In this document: positions 9,567-19,572 of the stretch, piece by piece
How the letters are laid out: each line of letters begins with the position of its first letter
Numbering within the stretch: position 1 is the stretch's first letter
NCBI GenBank assembly: GCA_000002445.1
Contig: CH464491.1
Span: 1,184,001 to 1,248,000, forward strand
DNA length: 64,000 bases
Direction of reading: 5' to 3'
Origin: Trypanosoma brucei
Taxonomy: Eukaryota
Translations under genes and position numbers: made by a program
The notes under the pieces: generated by a model
Databases searched by the model: none
What the model was told of the DNA's origin: nothing
What the model saw: only the letters and a program-made list of their open reading frames with translations

Positions 9567-11095
9567 CAACTATTACGCTCTCCATAATTTAGTCGCTCCC
9601 GGGTTATTCGCATCCACATGGAACGCAACTCAGCGAGGAAGCATACCTGTGGATTCACAACGGGCCGTGCCCTCTGTAGACATTGCAGCAAACTCGAGAA
9701 GGAGAACACATGCATGTCACCATTGCCTGATTCGTCGCCAGAAGGAGCTGCATTGTTTGTAGGATCATCTGAATGTAGGGAACCTCTTTCACCTTCAACC
9801 ACCTGCTGCAAAGGTGTGCGAATCCGCCCCGCACATCTCCGTATGTAATACGCCATAATTATGCTCGGACTACGTGAAACGCCCTTTAAGCAATGTACCA
9901 ATACACCTGGGAGCACACAAAGGGTTGCTCGCAGAAAATCACTTGGTTCCAAATCGTTGCCTAGCAAAAGTACGAGTGGTTGAAAGCCGTCGCCGCGAGC
10001 AGGCCACGCAACATTGCTACTAATCTGTTCAGCTGCCTCAGTACAATCATCGTTGCGGGCAGCCGCAGTTTTGACAGCTCCTCTAGGTTCTTGCTTCTCT
10101 CTTGTTTTCTTCACCATCACTTCGGTGAGCCTGTGAAGTGCAACCAGCGCCTCCTTGGCAGCCGCGTCGTTGGGCTCAGAAACATTTTCTGATAGTTGGG
10201 ACCCGTTCGCGCCAACAGTGTTGGCAATATGAACGAGACACTGGAGAATAACCGTCGTCTCCATTACAACCGACGTCGCAGCATCGATAAGAAGATGCAT
10301 AAAATCCTCCACAACGTCAACAACGTCGGCTATCCGCGATGTGGCGTTATCTTCCATGGATATAGCAAAGTAATAGATCGGGACCGAAAGTACCGGAAGC
10401 TCCCCATCGAAAAAAAACTCCTCTTCCCTCAAGGGACTTGTCACAGTGTTGCAATCACTCCCGTTGTTGTCACCCTCAGAGCCGGCAACAGATTTTTCAG
10501 CCCTTTCAAGAGCGACTCGTCGACGCAGCAGCGAACTGATGCATACCAGTAAGCTGCGCAGGAATGTTCGCTCATATTCCTCCAATATTTCTCGAAGGTT
10601 GCGACCCCCACCCGCAGCCGTCAGGTTCCTATCAGAGTTGGGAACAAATGTGGGAAGTGACACGGGAACCACACGCAGCTTCAACTGTGCCAACGGCGTA
10701 TTCTCAAATAACATGCGGCTGTTACTCCTCTCGTCTACGAACACCGATTCCTTCGGCATCAACGGCGTACTTGAGGTGATGAGTACCCCGCGTATCCACC
10801 GATCCCTTGGTGATGCCACAGTTCCTGTTTGCTCTCCCCCTATGGAACATTCTACCGGACTCGCAGCCTCATGGAAAAGCAATCGCTCCGTCAAGTTACC
10901 ACTTTTTGCACCTGCAGCGCTGGTGAGGAAAACCCCTCCAGTCGAAGCTGTGGGGCAGTCGACCTCTTCCTTAAAGAAGGTGGAGTTCACAGCGTCAGAT
11001 ACATCGACAATACTGTCCCTGCGTTGCGACTCCAGCAACCCCTTAACAAGCTGCATCTGTTGCTCGTTCAGTTTACGATCATCGTCCCCCATCAT
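9566..11095 (-). CDS. dual-specificity protein phosphatase (DUSP-like), 509 aa
   Basis: VHCLKGVSRSPSIIMAYYIRR matches the CX5R catalytic loop (HCxxGxxRS) of the PTP/DUSP fold. Upstream acidic residues (NDLEPSD) are compatible with the general-acid region. The DUSP domain is C-terminal, with an N-terminal extension of about 380 aa. Confidence 0.8.
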   Translation of the reverse strand: MMGDDDRKLNEQQMQLVKGLLESQRRDSIVDVSDAVNSTFFKEEVDCPTASTGGVFLTSAAGAKSGNLTERLLFHEAASPVECSIGGEQTGTVASPRDRWIRGVLITSSTPLMPKESVFVDERSNSRMLFENTPLAQLKLRVVPVSLPTFVPNSDRNLTAAGGGRNLREILEEYERTFLRSLLVCISSLLRRRVALERAEKSVAGSEGDNNGSDCNTVTSPLREEEFFFDGELPVLSVPIYYFAISMEDNATSRIADVVDVVEDFMHLLIDAATSVVMETTVILQCLVHIANTVGANGSQLSENVSEPNDAAAKEALVALHRLTEVMVKKTREKQEPRGAVKTAAARNDDCTEAAEQISSNVAWPARGDGFQPLVLLLGNDLEPSDFLRATLCVLPGVLVHCLKGVSRSPSIIMAYYIRRCAGRIRTPLQQVVEGERGSLHSDDPTNNAAPSGDESGNGDMHVFSFSSLLQCLQRARPVVNPQVCFLAELRSMWMRITRERLNYGERNS

Positions 11096-11215
11096 GGACA
11101 GATTTTTTTATCTGTTTCCCTTATTGGAAGGGGTTTCTTATTATCCACAACTGGAAGGCGTTGCTGTTGGCGAAAAGGCTGTAGAAGCATAAGCACCCCA
11201 TGGCAGACGTCAGTA

Positions 11216-11262
11216 AACAAAAAAAAAAAAGAGACAATGGAAAAACGAATTAGAGGATCATT
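11216..11262 (-). promoter_or_regulatory. Polypyrimidine tract (coding strand) upstream of the DUSP gene
   Basis: The + strand reads aaacaaaaaaaaaaaagagacaatggaaaaacgaattagagga, about 120 to 170 nt upstream of the ATG at 11095. Confidence 0.45.
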
Positions 11263-12530
11263 GCAACTGCAATGGTCGCCATGCAATGTGGAAAATGAAA
11301 TTATTGGAAGGCTCGTCATGTAACAAAGGAAACATTGACTGCGCCCTACACGCATATGCGCAAAAACAGAAGGAAAAGGGAACGTTCAAATTTGTTAACG
11401 GTAACATAGGTTCACAACAGTGGTTGAGACACGAGAACGTGATGAATTGACCCAATAACTCCGCATGACTCTTTGTAACTCCCCCTCACACTACTTGGAG
11501 CATCTTTTAATTACGCAGCGACTCATATATATATATATATTTCCCCCTCCTCCAAAACCCCTCAGCTTCCGGCACACGACCATCAGGTGGTAGTGAATTC
11601 AAATGCCAAAACTTTACAAACCCATATAGGACCCTTCACCAAACGGGAGAGTGGCAAAAATATTTCGGCGGTATCACGCAATACAAACACCTTGTAATTG
11701 TAATAAACCCATTTCCTCCTATCTTTGTTTTGTTTTTCACATATGTGACGACCTCCTCCCTACTTCCTCCTAGAAACTTTTTTTTAAAGGTGCTCATGAA
11801 TAAAAAGGCACAAAAAGAGGAGTAGAAGGATGTACGAACCACATTTGTGGAGAATTTTGCACAGCCAAGGGTAATGCGATAACCCTTTCATATTTTCAAT
11901 GTGATTTTGAATTGTAGAGAGTTTTTTTTTTTATTCAGGATTGTTATTTTGTTAAAAACGAGCGGCAGCAAAAGTCAAACAAAGAAAAAAAAAAGAGACA
12001 AAGAACACAAACACGAAGGAATAGCAGTGCGATCCATTCTATTCTAGGCGCACGCTTGGTCAATAGGTGGGGAACTTTAAAAACAAAACAAGAGATCAAA
12101 AGCAGCAACAAAAAAAAACCTCTCGGCTTCACTTGATAAAAAAGAGAAACAAATACATGATAAGAATGGAAATGAATTTAGCGAAGAAGCGAAATCCACA
12201 CGGAGAAGATGACGAAGTGTGACAGTTTGCGAATGTTACCTTCGCTCGGCCAACTGTATCGAACACAAAAATAAATACGCACATACACCATTTTCTCGTT
12301 CATCCATTCATATTCTATAGTGCGGCCGTGGAGGAAGCCGACAGCAACATCGATGACTGAAGCAAATAAACAATATTCCACACATTGGAAGTTTTTGTTT
12401 GGATGTTTTCATCAAAGTTAGCAATCGTGCACACAGCGTGAACAAAGAAAAACAAAACATCAATAACGAAAGCAAAAGAGAAAACAAACAAAGAACAGAA
12501 AATATTTTCAGTTTGCCCCTCTTTCCCATT

Positions 12531-12577
12531 ACAAACACAAACACAAACACACACAAATATATATATGTATATATACA
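12531..12577. repeat. compound microsatellite (ACAAAC/CA)n followed by (TA)n
   Basis: acaaacacaaacacaaacacacacaaatatatatatgtatatatac. Confidence 0.85.
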
Positions 12578-12985
12578 AGCACAGTTAAGTAATAAAACCA
12601 AAGGGAGAGTAACATAGGAGTAGAGAAGTAAAAGAACAGGAATGCGTGAGGTTGTGTAAGAGAGAAAGAAGAAGGGAATGGGATCAAACGTTGGGATATT
12701 TTCGGTGGTCCGCTTCCTTCCCCGAGCATCACTCCAACAAATCCAATACTAAGAAAAAGCCACTGGCTCAAAAATATACTCCTTGGCATTTCTTCTTGTG
12801 ATACAAATTTTGGAAATGAGACAAACGACAATAGGTTGCCGCGCCCTATGGCGTCACACCTCACCACAAAGAAACACATGTGTGAGGAGGAATTAGAGTA
12901 ATGTCACGGGAAACATACGAGTAAAGATAAGCAAAGATATCATTACACCTTAAGAAGACACTTAAGCTGTTAGAAATATGAGTGT

Positions 12986-13002
12986 CTTTCTCTCTCTCTC
13001 TC
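12986..13002. repeat. (TC)8 microsatellite
   Basis: tctctctctctctctc. Confidence 0.85.
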
Positions 13003-13982
13003 TGAAGAAGAACAAGGAAGTGAAGCCGCATTCCTTTTGTTGTTGTAGTTGTTTTCCATTCGTGTATCCATGTGTATGTTATGAATTTTTTTTTACACCC
13101 TTATACCGTTGCTTCTTTGAGTATTTTCCCCCACTTCTTACAACCTCACCTCACTACTTGCTCTTAACTGCCTTCATTATCTCCCTTTCCCTCTGAGGTG
13201 CCGCTGCTGTTGTTTGTCTTACCTCTGGCTCCCCAAGACACTCAAAACAAAGGTGAAAAGAAAGGAAAGGTGCTCAGTTCAAGTTAGAGGCCTCATGCAC
13301 ACATACAAAAAAAAACAAAATAAAAACACATTGCTTGCCATGTCACCACGCGGTACAGATGTCTTATCTTCCATATCTCATTCGTTGGAAATAATTTCCC
13401 AACTGTAAGTCACCTCACAATTTCCTTATTTGGTCATTTCCTTTACACCAGGTAGATGCGAGAAAAGGGAAAGTTGGCACGTATACACAACATTAGAGGG
13501 AGGGAAAGGCATACGTGCCCCCATCCCTTCTTCCCTTTTCCCTTTTTCCCTCCAAACCCCGAAAATAAGAAACGAAGTGTTACTACCGTCTATGTTGCTT
13601 GCGGTCATCACGCGAATGAACAGTAAGGACGCGTAACCGGGTTCGTGTGTGTGCGTGTTGTTGTTGATGTTTTTTTTTTTCATTTGTGACGTTTTCCTTC
13701 CCATACCCCCAGTACACCCCCAGGTAATAATAACGGTAATTATATATTTATTTATTTAAATATGTAAATAGACGTATGAAAATTCAGCTTTCTTCCCAGT
13801 CATTCCACTCAATTGCACATCCCCCCATCCCCCGTACACAAATCTCTCTATCCGGTAAGGAGAAAATGACGGGGAAATGTTAAGTGTTCGGAGAAGTGTA
13901 GAGAGAGTTCATTATCATTTTTTTAAAAAAAAAAGTAAAATAAAACAAAATAAAATAGATACAATTATGATTGTGTTGTGTT

Positions 13983-14000
13983 GCTGCTGCTGCTGCTACT
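13983..14000. repeat. (GCT)6 trinucleotide repeat in an intergenic spacer
   Basis: gctgctgctgctgctgct. Confidence 0.85.
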
Positions 14001-14301
14001 ATCTCTATGATTGGCTGCGGAAACTCCTGACCCCAGCAAGTTAGGCGATGAGGTAGGAGTACGCGCTCACGTGGCTCAAAAACAAGAAAAAACGTCCCAG
14101 TCCCCATAATCCATGGTTTTTCTTCCGGTCCTGATTATAACACCCGATTGGTTCATGTTTTCATACGTATATACGTATGTAGATATGTATATATCATTTT
14201 GTGTGTGTGCTTTTTCCTTGTATATATATATATATTTATTTATTTATGTTTCAAGCGGATATTGCACGTTGGGTACACTCTATTAACCGTCTCATCCGAT
14301 T

Positions 14302-15825
14302 TCAGCCAGTGTGTGCATCATTGTCTTGGTGGCCTCGGCCTCGGCGCTCCATCCAAATACGGCAGCGAAACTTGGAGAACATCACCTGCAGAAGTGCTCG
14401 GAAGTCCACGCGATCATCGCTTTCGTACATAAATGTCAGCTTCTGCCGATCAAACTGGTAGGCGGCTCCAACCACGCGAATAGTGAGCCCGAGTTGTTCA
14501 CACACATGACGGCATTCCTCCACCGCCTCGTTCTCCCTCTCCACAAGCGGTCCCTTCCAGTCCTCTACCTCTTCATCCAGGGCGCACCGCAGCACTTGCG
14601 CTGGTGCGGAGTTCCCGCTTGGTTCCGAGATCAACTCCTTCACATTGATCACTTCACCGAGGTCAACGCCACGGTCTGCTTCGAAAATCACATATTTGCC
14701 TTTGCTTAACCGCAAGCAGCATATGGCAGTCACATCACGGTGGCCGTGACAGCGCAGAGTAACAAGAAACTTTCTATCCCCACACTCCCCATGCGACTCA
14801 TTGTCAGCATGGATCGAAGAGAAGTTGGAGACAAACTTGTCGCCGTCGTGAAAGATGCAGTTGTTATTGTTGTTGTCGCCTTTCTGCTTGTTCTTCCCTC
14901 TTGACTGCCTTCGCTCCCTTCTGCGCTTCCCTTGCTCCACCTCCTCCTTATTCAATAGCTGTTCCTCTGTGCCATCGGAGATCATTTGTGGTACGTTATC
15001 AACACCAGGGAAACCAACGGTGACGAGCACCTTTTTCTCCTTTCGCTTCACCTTGTCACCCACCCTTCGCTTACTCTCATGCACATGCTCTTCGTATGCC
15101 TGCTCCAGCTCTATTGCGAGAGAGGTGGGTTTATCGTCTATCGACACCTTCACTGATGGTAGCGCTGCTGCTGCAGCAGATAGGACGGCGTTTGACACTG
15201 CACCGATCGCGTTATCGGTGGTAATCCCAGTTGAAGCAACGAAGTTCATTGGAGCGCTGCGCAGGTATGTGCGAGTGCAAGTTTCATCGAGGAGAGCACT
15301 GCCTGGCGTTGCGTGTGTGATGTACCGGCACACTGTGGCTGGCGAAGCGGTCATACCCATCCCAGAAGAAGGTGTTGGAGCACCAACAGAAACTTGCCGG
15401 AGCATCTGCGGTTTGTCAACCTTTTCTGGGGTTTGCATGGATGCGGAAGAATTGTTATAATATGCGGCGCGATTCTGCCCCTCGGACTCCGGTGGTGCTC
15501 TTTTCGACAAGTATGCGTTGTCCACAGGGAAGGCGGTGCTGCTGTTGGCACTCCCTTGGGTGCCGAAAGGAATAAATGGACTCATCCCGCTGCTATCGGT
15601 AACCAAGTCCACAAACTGTTGGTGGCGTGGAACTCTGCTCGGCCCGTACACGGGTTGCAGGGGTCCTGCCAACTGGGCAAAGGTGATGGAAGAAAGAGCG
15701 TCCATGCATGATTGGTTCCCCTCATTAGCCGCCATGAAGAAGTTGATGGCACCTGGAGTGAGGCCATGTGGTGTGCTTGGAAGACTTGAAGGAGCGCTGA
15801 ACGATTCCCTACTCCCGCTCATCAT
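14302..15825 (-). CDS. PSP1 C-terminal domain protein, 507 aa
   Basis: The segment LRCHGHRDVTAICCLRLSKGKYVIFEADRGVDLGEVINVKELISE...CRHVCEQLGLTIRVVGAAYQFDRQKLTFMYESDDRVDFRALLQVMFSKFRCRIWMER matches the PSP1 C-terminal conserved region (Pfam PSP1). The N-terminus is S/T/P-rich and low-complexity. Confidence 0.85.
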   Translation of the reverse strand: MMSGSRESFSAPSSLPSTPHGLTPGAINFFMAANEGNQSCMDALSSITFAQLAGPLQPVYGPSRVPRHQQFVDLVTDSSGMSPFIPFGTQGSANSSTAFPVDNAYLSKRAPPESEGQNRAAYYNNSSASMQTPEKVDKPQMLRQVSVGAPTPSSGMGMTASPATVCRYITHATPGSALLDETCTRTYLRSAPMNFVASTGITTDNAIGAVSNAVLSAAAAALPSVKVSIDDKPTSLAIELEQAYEEHVHESKRRVGDKVKRKEKKVLVTVGFPGVDNVPQMISDGTEEQLLNKEEVEQGKRRRERRQSRGKNKQKGDNNNNNCIFHDGDKFVSNFSSIHADNESHGECGDRKFLVTLRCHGHRDVTAICCLRLSKGKYVIFEADRGVDLGEVINVKELISEPSGNSAPAQVLRCALDEEVEDWKGPLVERENEAVEECRHVCEQLGLTIRVVGAAYQFDRQKLTFMYESDDRVDFRALLQVMFSKFRCRIWMERRGRGHQDNDAHTG

Positions 15826-16204
15826 ATTAGCACTTAGTATGGTATCGTTCGTTTACAGATTTTTTTTTGCGTGTGTTCTCTTGAGCTCCTCGCGGCTTCA
15901 GGTATGTACCTTATCTTTTTTTAAAAAAAGGCTGATATTGAAGCCAAATGGTTGCCTTTTCCGGTTTGATTCTTTTTCTTTCTTGCAAGTGCAGCGACAG
16001 TATATACCTATGTATATATCCACCCACGTACAAGAAAAAAAAGAAGTCGCACCTCCGTGTTTTACTCCCTTTTCTTTAACGCCTTCCTGATGCAGTCCAA
16101 TTATTCCTCTCGTGTTGCTTGCCTGTGATTGTTCTGTTCCTCGTCCTTTTTTTACTGGATCGTATGTGCCTTTATTTCCTTTTAAACTGCAGGAGCTGCA
16201 GCAG

Positions 16205-16280
16205 TATTGAGAGAGTTCCAGTGAGGAGAGAGAAAAAAAGAAAAAGGCACGCAAAAAATAGAAAGGTACGAAAAACGTGT
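16205..16280 (-). promoter_or_regulatory. Polypyrimidine tract (coding strand) upstream of the PSP1 gene
   Basis: The + strand reads gagagagttccagtgaggagagagaaaaaaagaaaaaggcacgcaaaaaatagaaaggtacgaaaaacg. Confidence 0.4.
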
Positions 16281-16872
16281 TGATCAACCTTAAAACACCA
16301 CACACCCCTCTGTGTTATTCCATCATGCACATCAATCGCAACCAGTGCCAGTTTTCGTAATGTTAAGAAGCAGTAGATCCACTCCTCAAAGTCATCTTTG
16401 GTACTATTAAGTTATTAACCGCACATTAGAATCATTACCCTCAATCGACACAATCCGGAGTTGCGGGGACGTAAATGGGGGTGGTAGTTTTGGTTGAGTG
16501 GCGAGTCCGTCCATACTATTTGGTTTACAGAAAAGTCTCAATATCAAAAACGTAAAAAGGGCTGTAAATTCTGGGTCCATTATGTTTTCATCACGCACTT
16601 ATCACATTTCCTATGCTGCTTTTCTTCCCACGTCGAGGGAGGTGTTAAAGCATCCTTGCAAGTTTAACTTTTGTGGCACTATAAACACACACAACTCCTA
16701 ATATAACATCTGTCCTCCTGCATGCAGCACCCAAATCCTCTTCCTCACTCCTTCATTGGGGTTTTCGGCTGAATTTTATCATCCCCACCACCACGGCGCC
16801 ATCTTCTTCCCGACAACCAACTCGTTTCCCACCTTACACTCAACATCGACTCCCACTATCCTTGAGTTCATC

Positions 16873-16884
16873 CCCCCCCCCCCC
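16873..16884. repeat. C12 homopolymer
   Basis: cccccccccccc. Confidence 0.9.
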
Positions 16885-17026
16885 ATCAACGAACTCCGCA
16901 GCTACATGTCCCACAATACCTCGTTGGATTGATGCCTTGAGAGAGAGAAAACAAAAGAGGAATAACCGTAGGGAAGAGCTTTGACACCCTACGGATGCTT
17001 CGACACACTCCTACTGTCGCTTATTA

Positions 17027-18643
17027 CTATCCTTCATCCTCCTCGTTACCGCTGCGCTTCTCAGCTGGTGCGTTCGCATCACCCACCGTTGTTTTTGAAC
17101 CCTTTTCAAGTCTCACCTTCTTCCGTACTGGCTGCTCACTTTGAGTAAATTCAAGCGGTTCGGCGAGGACTAACGCAACATCATCCGGAATTGTGGCAGA
17201 CATAACCTCTTCAGGAACAGCCAGAGGCTCCAACGGCGGAAGTCCACACAATACAGTTGCCCTCTTGGCCGACACAGCAACTGTTGCAGAGAATCTTGCG
17301 GTTATATACCGATCCCCCTTCACACGCATCACGGGAAGTGGGTCTATTACACCTTGTTTTCGAAGAACAGCTACTGCCATCCGGGCTTTGAGGGGATTTT
17401 CCACATGTTTCAAACTGAAGGGGAAACACTGGTGCTTTTCCGTCATTTCCTTCAAAGTAGCTTGTACGGACTGCACGCGGAAATCAGTTTGGAGGTCAAC
17501 CTCTGTGCGACGGAATATAACGGTTTCCTCGTCCTCAGAAGGGCGGACTTTATATGAGTTATGGTCTGTGAAGGCCACGTCAACGGTCCAAACTTGGTTG
17601 GCACCGATTGTACAGTCAGCAACGTCCTGCTGCGGCGCCTCAGCGACCACGCGGCGCGTGATGATACAATCCATTCCGTCCGGAACCCAACGCTTGGTGC
17701 GGTTTGACAAGACGCCTTCAAGAGCCTGAACGCCGTAGTGGTTGCCTACGCGGTGGATAAAGTCGGTGATGTCAGCATTCAGATTTCCAGGCTGCAAAAG
17801 ATGAATCACCCCGTGAAGTGCTACACGCGCCGCTTCAATGGCGTTGCTCACCCCCTGGGTTATGGGGCGAGAACCAGATTTGCTGTTGGCTCTGGAAGAG
17901 GAACCGTCGTTGGTTGCGCCGGCATCACTCGTGTTCCCCTCGCTGCTAAGGTCAAACGGCACAATAATCGTGCGAGCCGCGGAAACGGGATAACCGTCGA
18001 TATGGCAGCCCATGTGGATCTTCACCACATCACCACCACGAAGTGTTGTCGCCTTCGATTCCTCAAGTGGCGCATGATTACAAAGCACGTGGTTAACAGA
18101 AATGTTAGTAGGGTATGAAAGCCCTCGAATGATACGGTTCCCATCTGCATCTTTCTTCTTGAACATCCCCAGCACCCGCTGAAGTAATTCCTGGTCGCCC
18201 AAGTCACACAACTGCTTGGTATTTGTACCAGGGACACAAGCAGCGATGACAAGCCCGATGACCTCATCCACAGCACGTCCACCTGACTTGTACTTGGTCA
18301 TAACGTCAGGCTTCACGATGGTTTCGGCCGCGGCTTCATCCGGTTCAATGTGATTCACGAGCTCCTTCTCCATCTCAACCAACCTTTGTCGTATTGTTGA
18401 GGCAGAGCGAGTCCGCGACTTACTGACCTTCCGCTCAGTACTGGTTACTCGCTTCTCCGCCTGTGTGTCCTTGTTGTCCCTCGGCATTGGGGTTTGGGGC
18501 CTGGGCTTCTTGTTTTCCACGGGCGTGACAGATGAGGATTTAACAGAGTGCAACTTCTGCTGAAGCGACATCGACCGGTTTCGCTTCATGCGAAGCGTGG
18601 GTCGTAGGCTCCTACTACGACTGTTACTGTACCCTCTTCCCAT
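17027..18643 (-). CDS. PA2G4/EBP1-like protein (M24 methionine-aminopeptidase fold) with a basic N-terminal extension of about 130 aa, 538 aa total
   Basis: VMTKYKSGGRAVDEVIGLVIAACVPGTNTKQLCDLGDQELLQRVLGMFKKKDADGNRIIRGLSYPTNISVNHVLCNHAPLEESKATTLRGGDVVKIHMGCHIDGYPVSAARTIIV aligns by eye with human PA2G4 ([110 protein letters not shown]). The N-terminus is R/K/S-rich (MGRGYSNSRSRSLRPTLRMKRNRS...). Confidence 0.8.
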   Translation of the reverse strand: MGRGYSNSRSRSLRPTLRMKRNRSMSLQQKLHSVKSSSVTPVENKKPRPQTPMPRDNKDTQAEKRVTSTERKVSKSRTRSASTIRQRLVEMEKELVNHIEPDEAAAETIVKPDVMTKYKSGGRAVDEVIGLVIAACVPGTNTKQLCDLGDQELLQRVLGMFKKKDADGNRIIRGLSYPTNISVNHVLCNHAPLEESKATTLRGGDVVKIHMGCHIDGYPVSAARTIIVPFDLSSEGNTSDAGATNDGSSSRANSKSGSRPITQGVSNAIEAARVALHGVIHLLQPGNLNADITDFIHRVGNHYGVQALEGVLSNRTKRWVPDGMDCIITRRVVAEAPQQDVADCTIGANQVWTVDVAFTDHNSYKVRPSEDEETVIFRRTEVDLQTDFRVQSVQATLKEMTEKHQCFPFSLKHVENPLKARMAVAVLRKQGVIDPLPVMRVKGDRYITARFSATVAVSAKRATVLCGLPPLEPLAVPEEVMSATIPDDVALVLAEPLEFTQSEQPVRKKVRLEKGSKTTVGDANAPAEKRSGNEEDEG

Positions 18644-19572
18644 TTCGACACAGTGATACTTTGTTTTGTCGATAACAGTGCGACAAGTGAGAACTACAAA
18701 CTGACGCGGCTAGCCGAGAAAGAGACCTACCAGCAATAAGCGACACACGCACCGTTAGCTACACAGTTCAGGGGCGGTGAAATAATTTTAAAAATGGAAA
18801 GGGGAAAAAGCGGATGGCCGGCAGAAAAGTAACATACACCGACGGTGCTTTTCCAGTACAATATGGAGCTCGCATCGTTACTGAGTGTCTCTTAGAGAAA
18901 CACAACGAACACACGGCAAATCGTTAAGAGTTTAAATGATAGCGAAAGGGGGGAAAGAATGTCCATAGATAGAAAAATTGATGGAACACTGTCCGCTACG
19001 ATCCAGGAAGTATATTTTCTACTAACAGCCCTAGCCCCGCATCACAAGTGGCACGTCCAACGTCCCCAGCATGAATGGCTAACGCCGTGGTCACCTCCAA
19101 GTAGCATCACGCAACGAACCTCATTCAAAATTTTCATCATCTCATCAACAGAAACTAAATACACCTCCTACTGCTTTTCGTTATTTTCCACCCTATATAC
19201 GGACAGCTGAAGCCACTGTACATCAGCACATCTAACAAAGATATACCATATGACCTCAATATATTTTTAAAAGCTCCACTGGCATTCGCAAACGCATGAA
19301 GATAAACAAACATCCATTCATATACGTATGCCTGTTTGTGAAACCGTTCCTACGCAAATGGATGCCCCACTCGTTTGATCGGTCTATTCCCCTCTTCCTC
19401 ACCTCATTTCCGGTGCCGTTCCTCCCAATTATGCAACGAACAGCACACACACGCGCAAAGCGGTGCCTATAAGCCTCACTCTCACGCCCACTATGAGACA
19501 TGTCAACAATCTGTCCCACAATATTGCCCTCATAAAGCGAAAGAATTGGGCCCTCCAAAATCATAATAAGCG

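Noticed and set aside
10446-11192. Plus-strand ORFs of 118 to 248 aa that overlap minus-strand genes, for example 10446..11192, 14855..15460, 15518..16090, 17193..17729 and 29081..29710
   Set aside because: They lie antisense to long minus-strand ORFs that carry clear conserved domains, and their translations are low-complexity or odd in composition. The whole window is a single-direction gene cluster, so these are frame artefacts.
11092-14107. Short minus-strand ORFs of 62 to 116 aa inside the 3.2 kb spacer (11092..11355, 11636..11842, 11944..12132, 12178..12381, 12308..12601, 12529..12879, 13426..13704, 13880..14107), plus similar ORFs in the 21.3-23.8 kb, 26.3-26.7 kb and 37.8-38.6 kb spacers
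   Set aside because: Their translations are dominated by microsatellite-encoded runs such as poly-Leu/Phe/Cys, CVCVCV and YIYIYI. None resembles a folded protein. They are most likely UTR.
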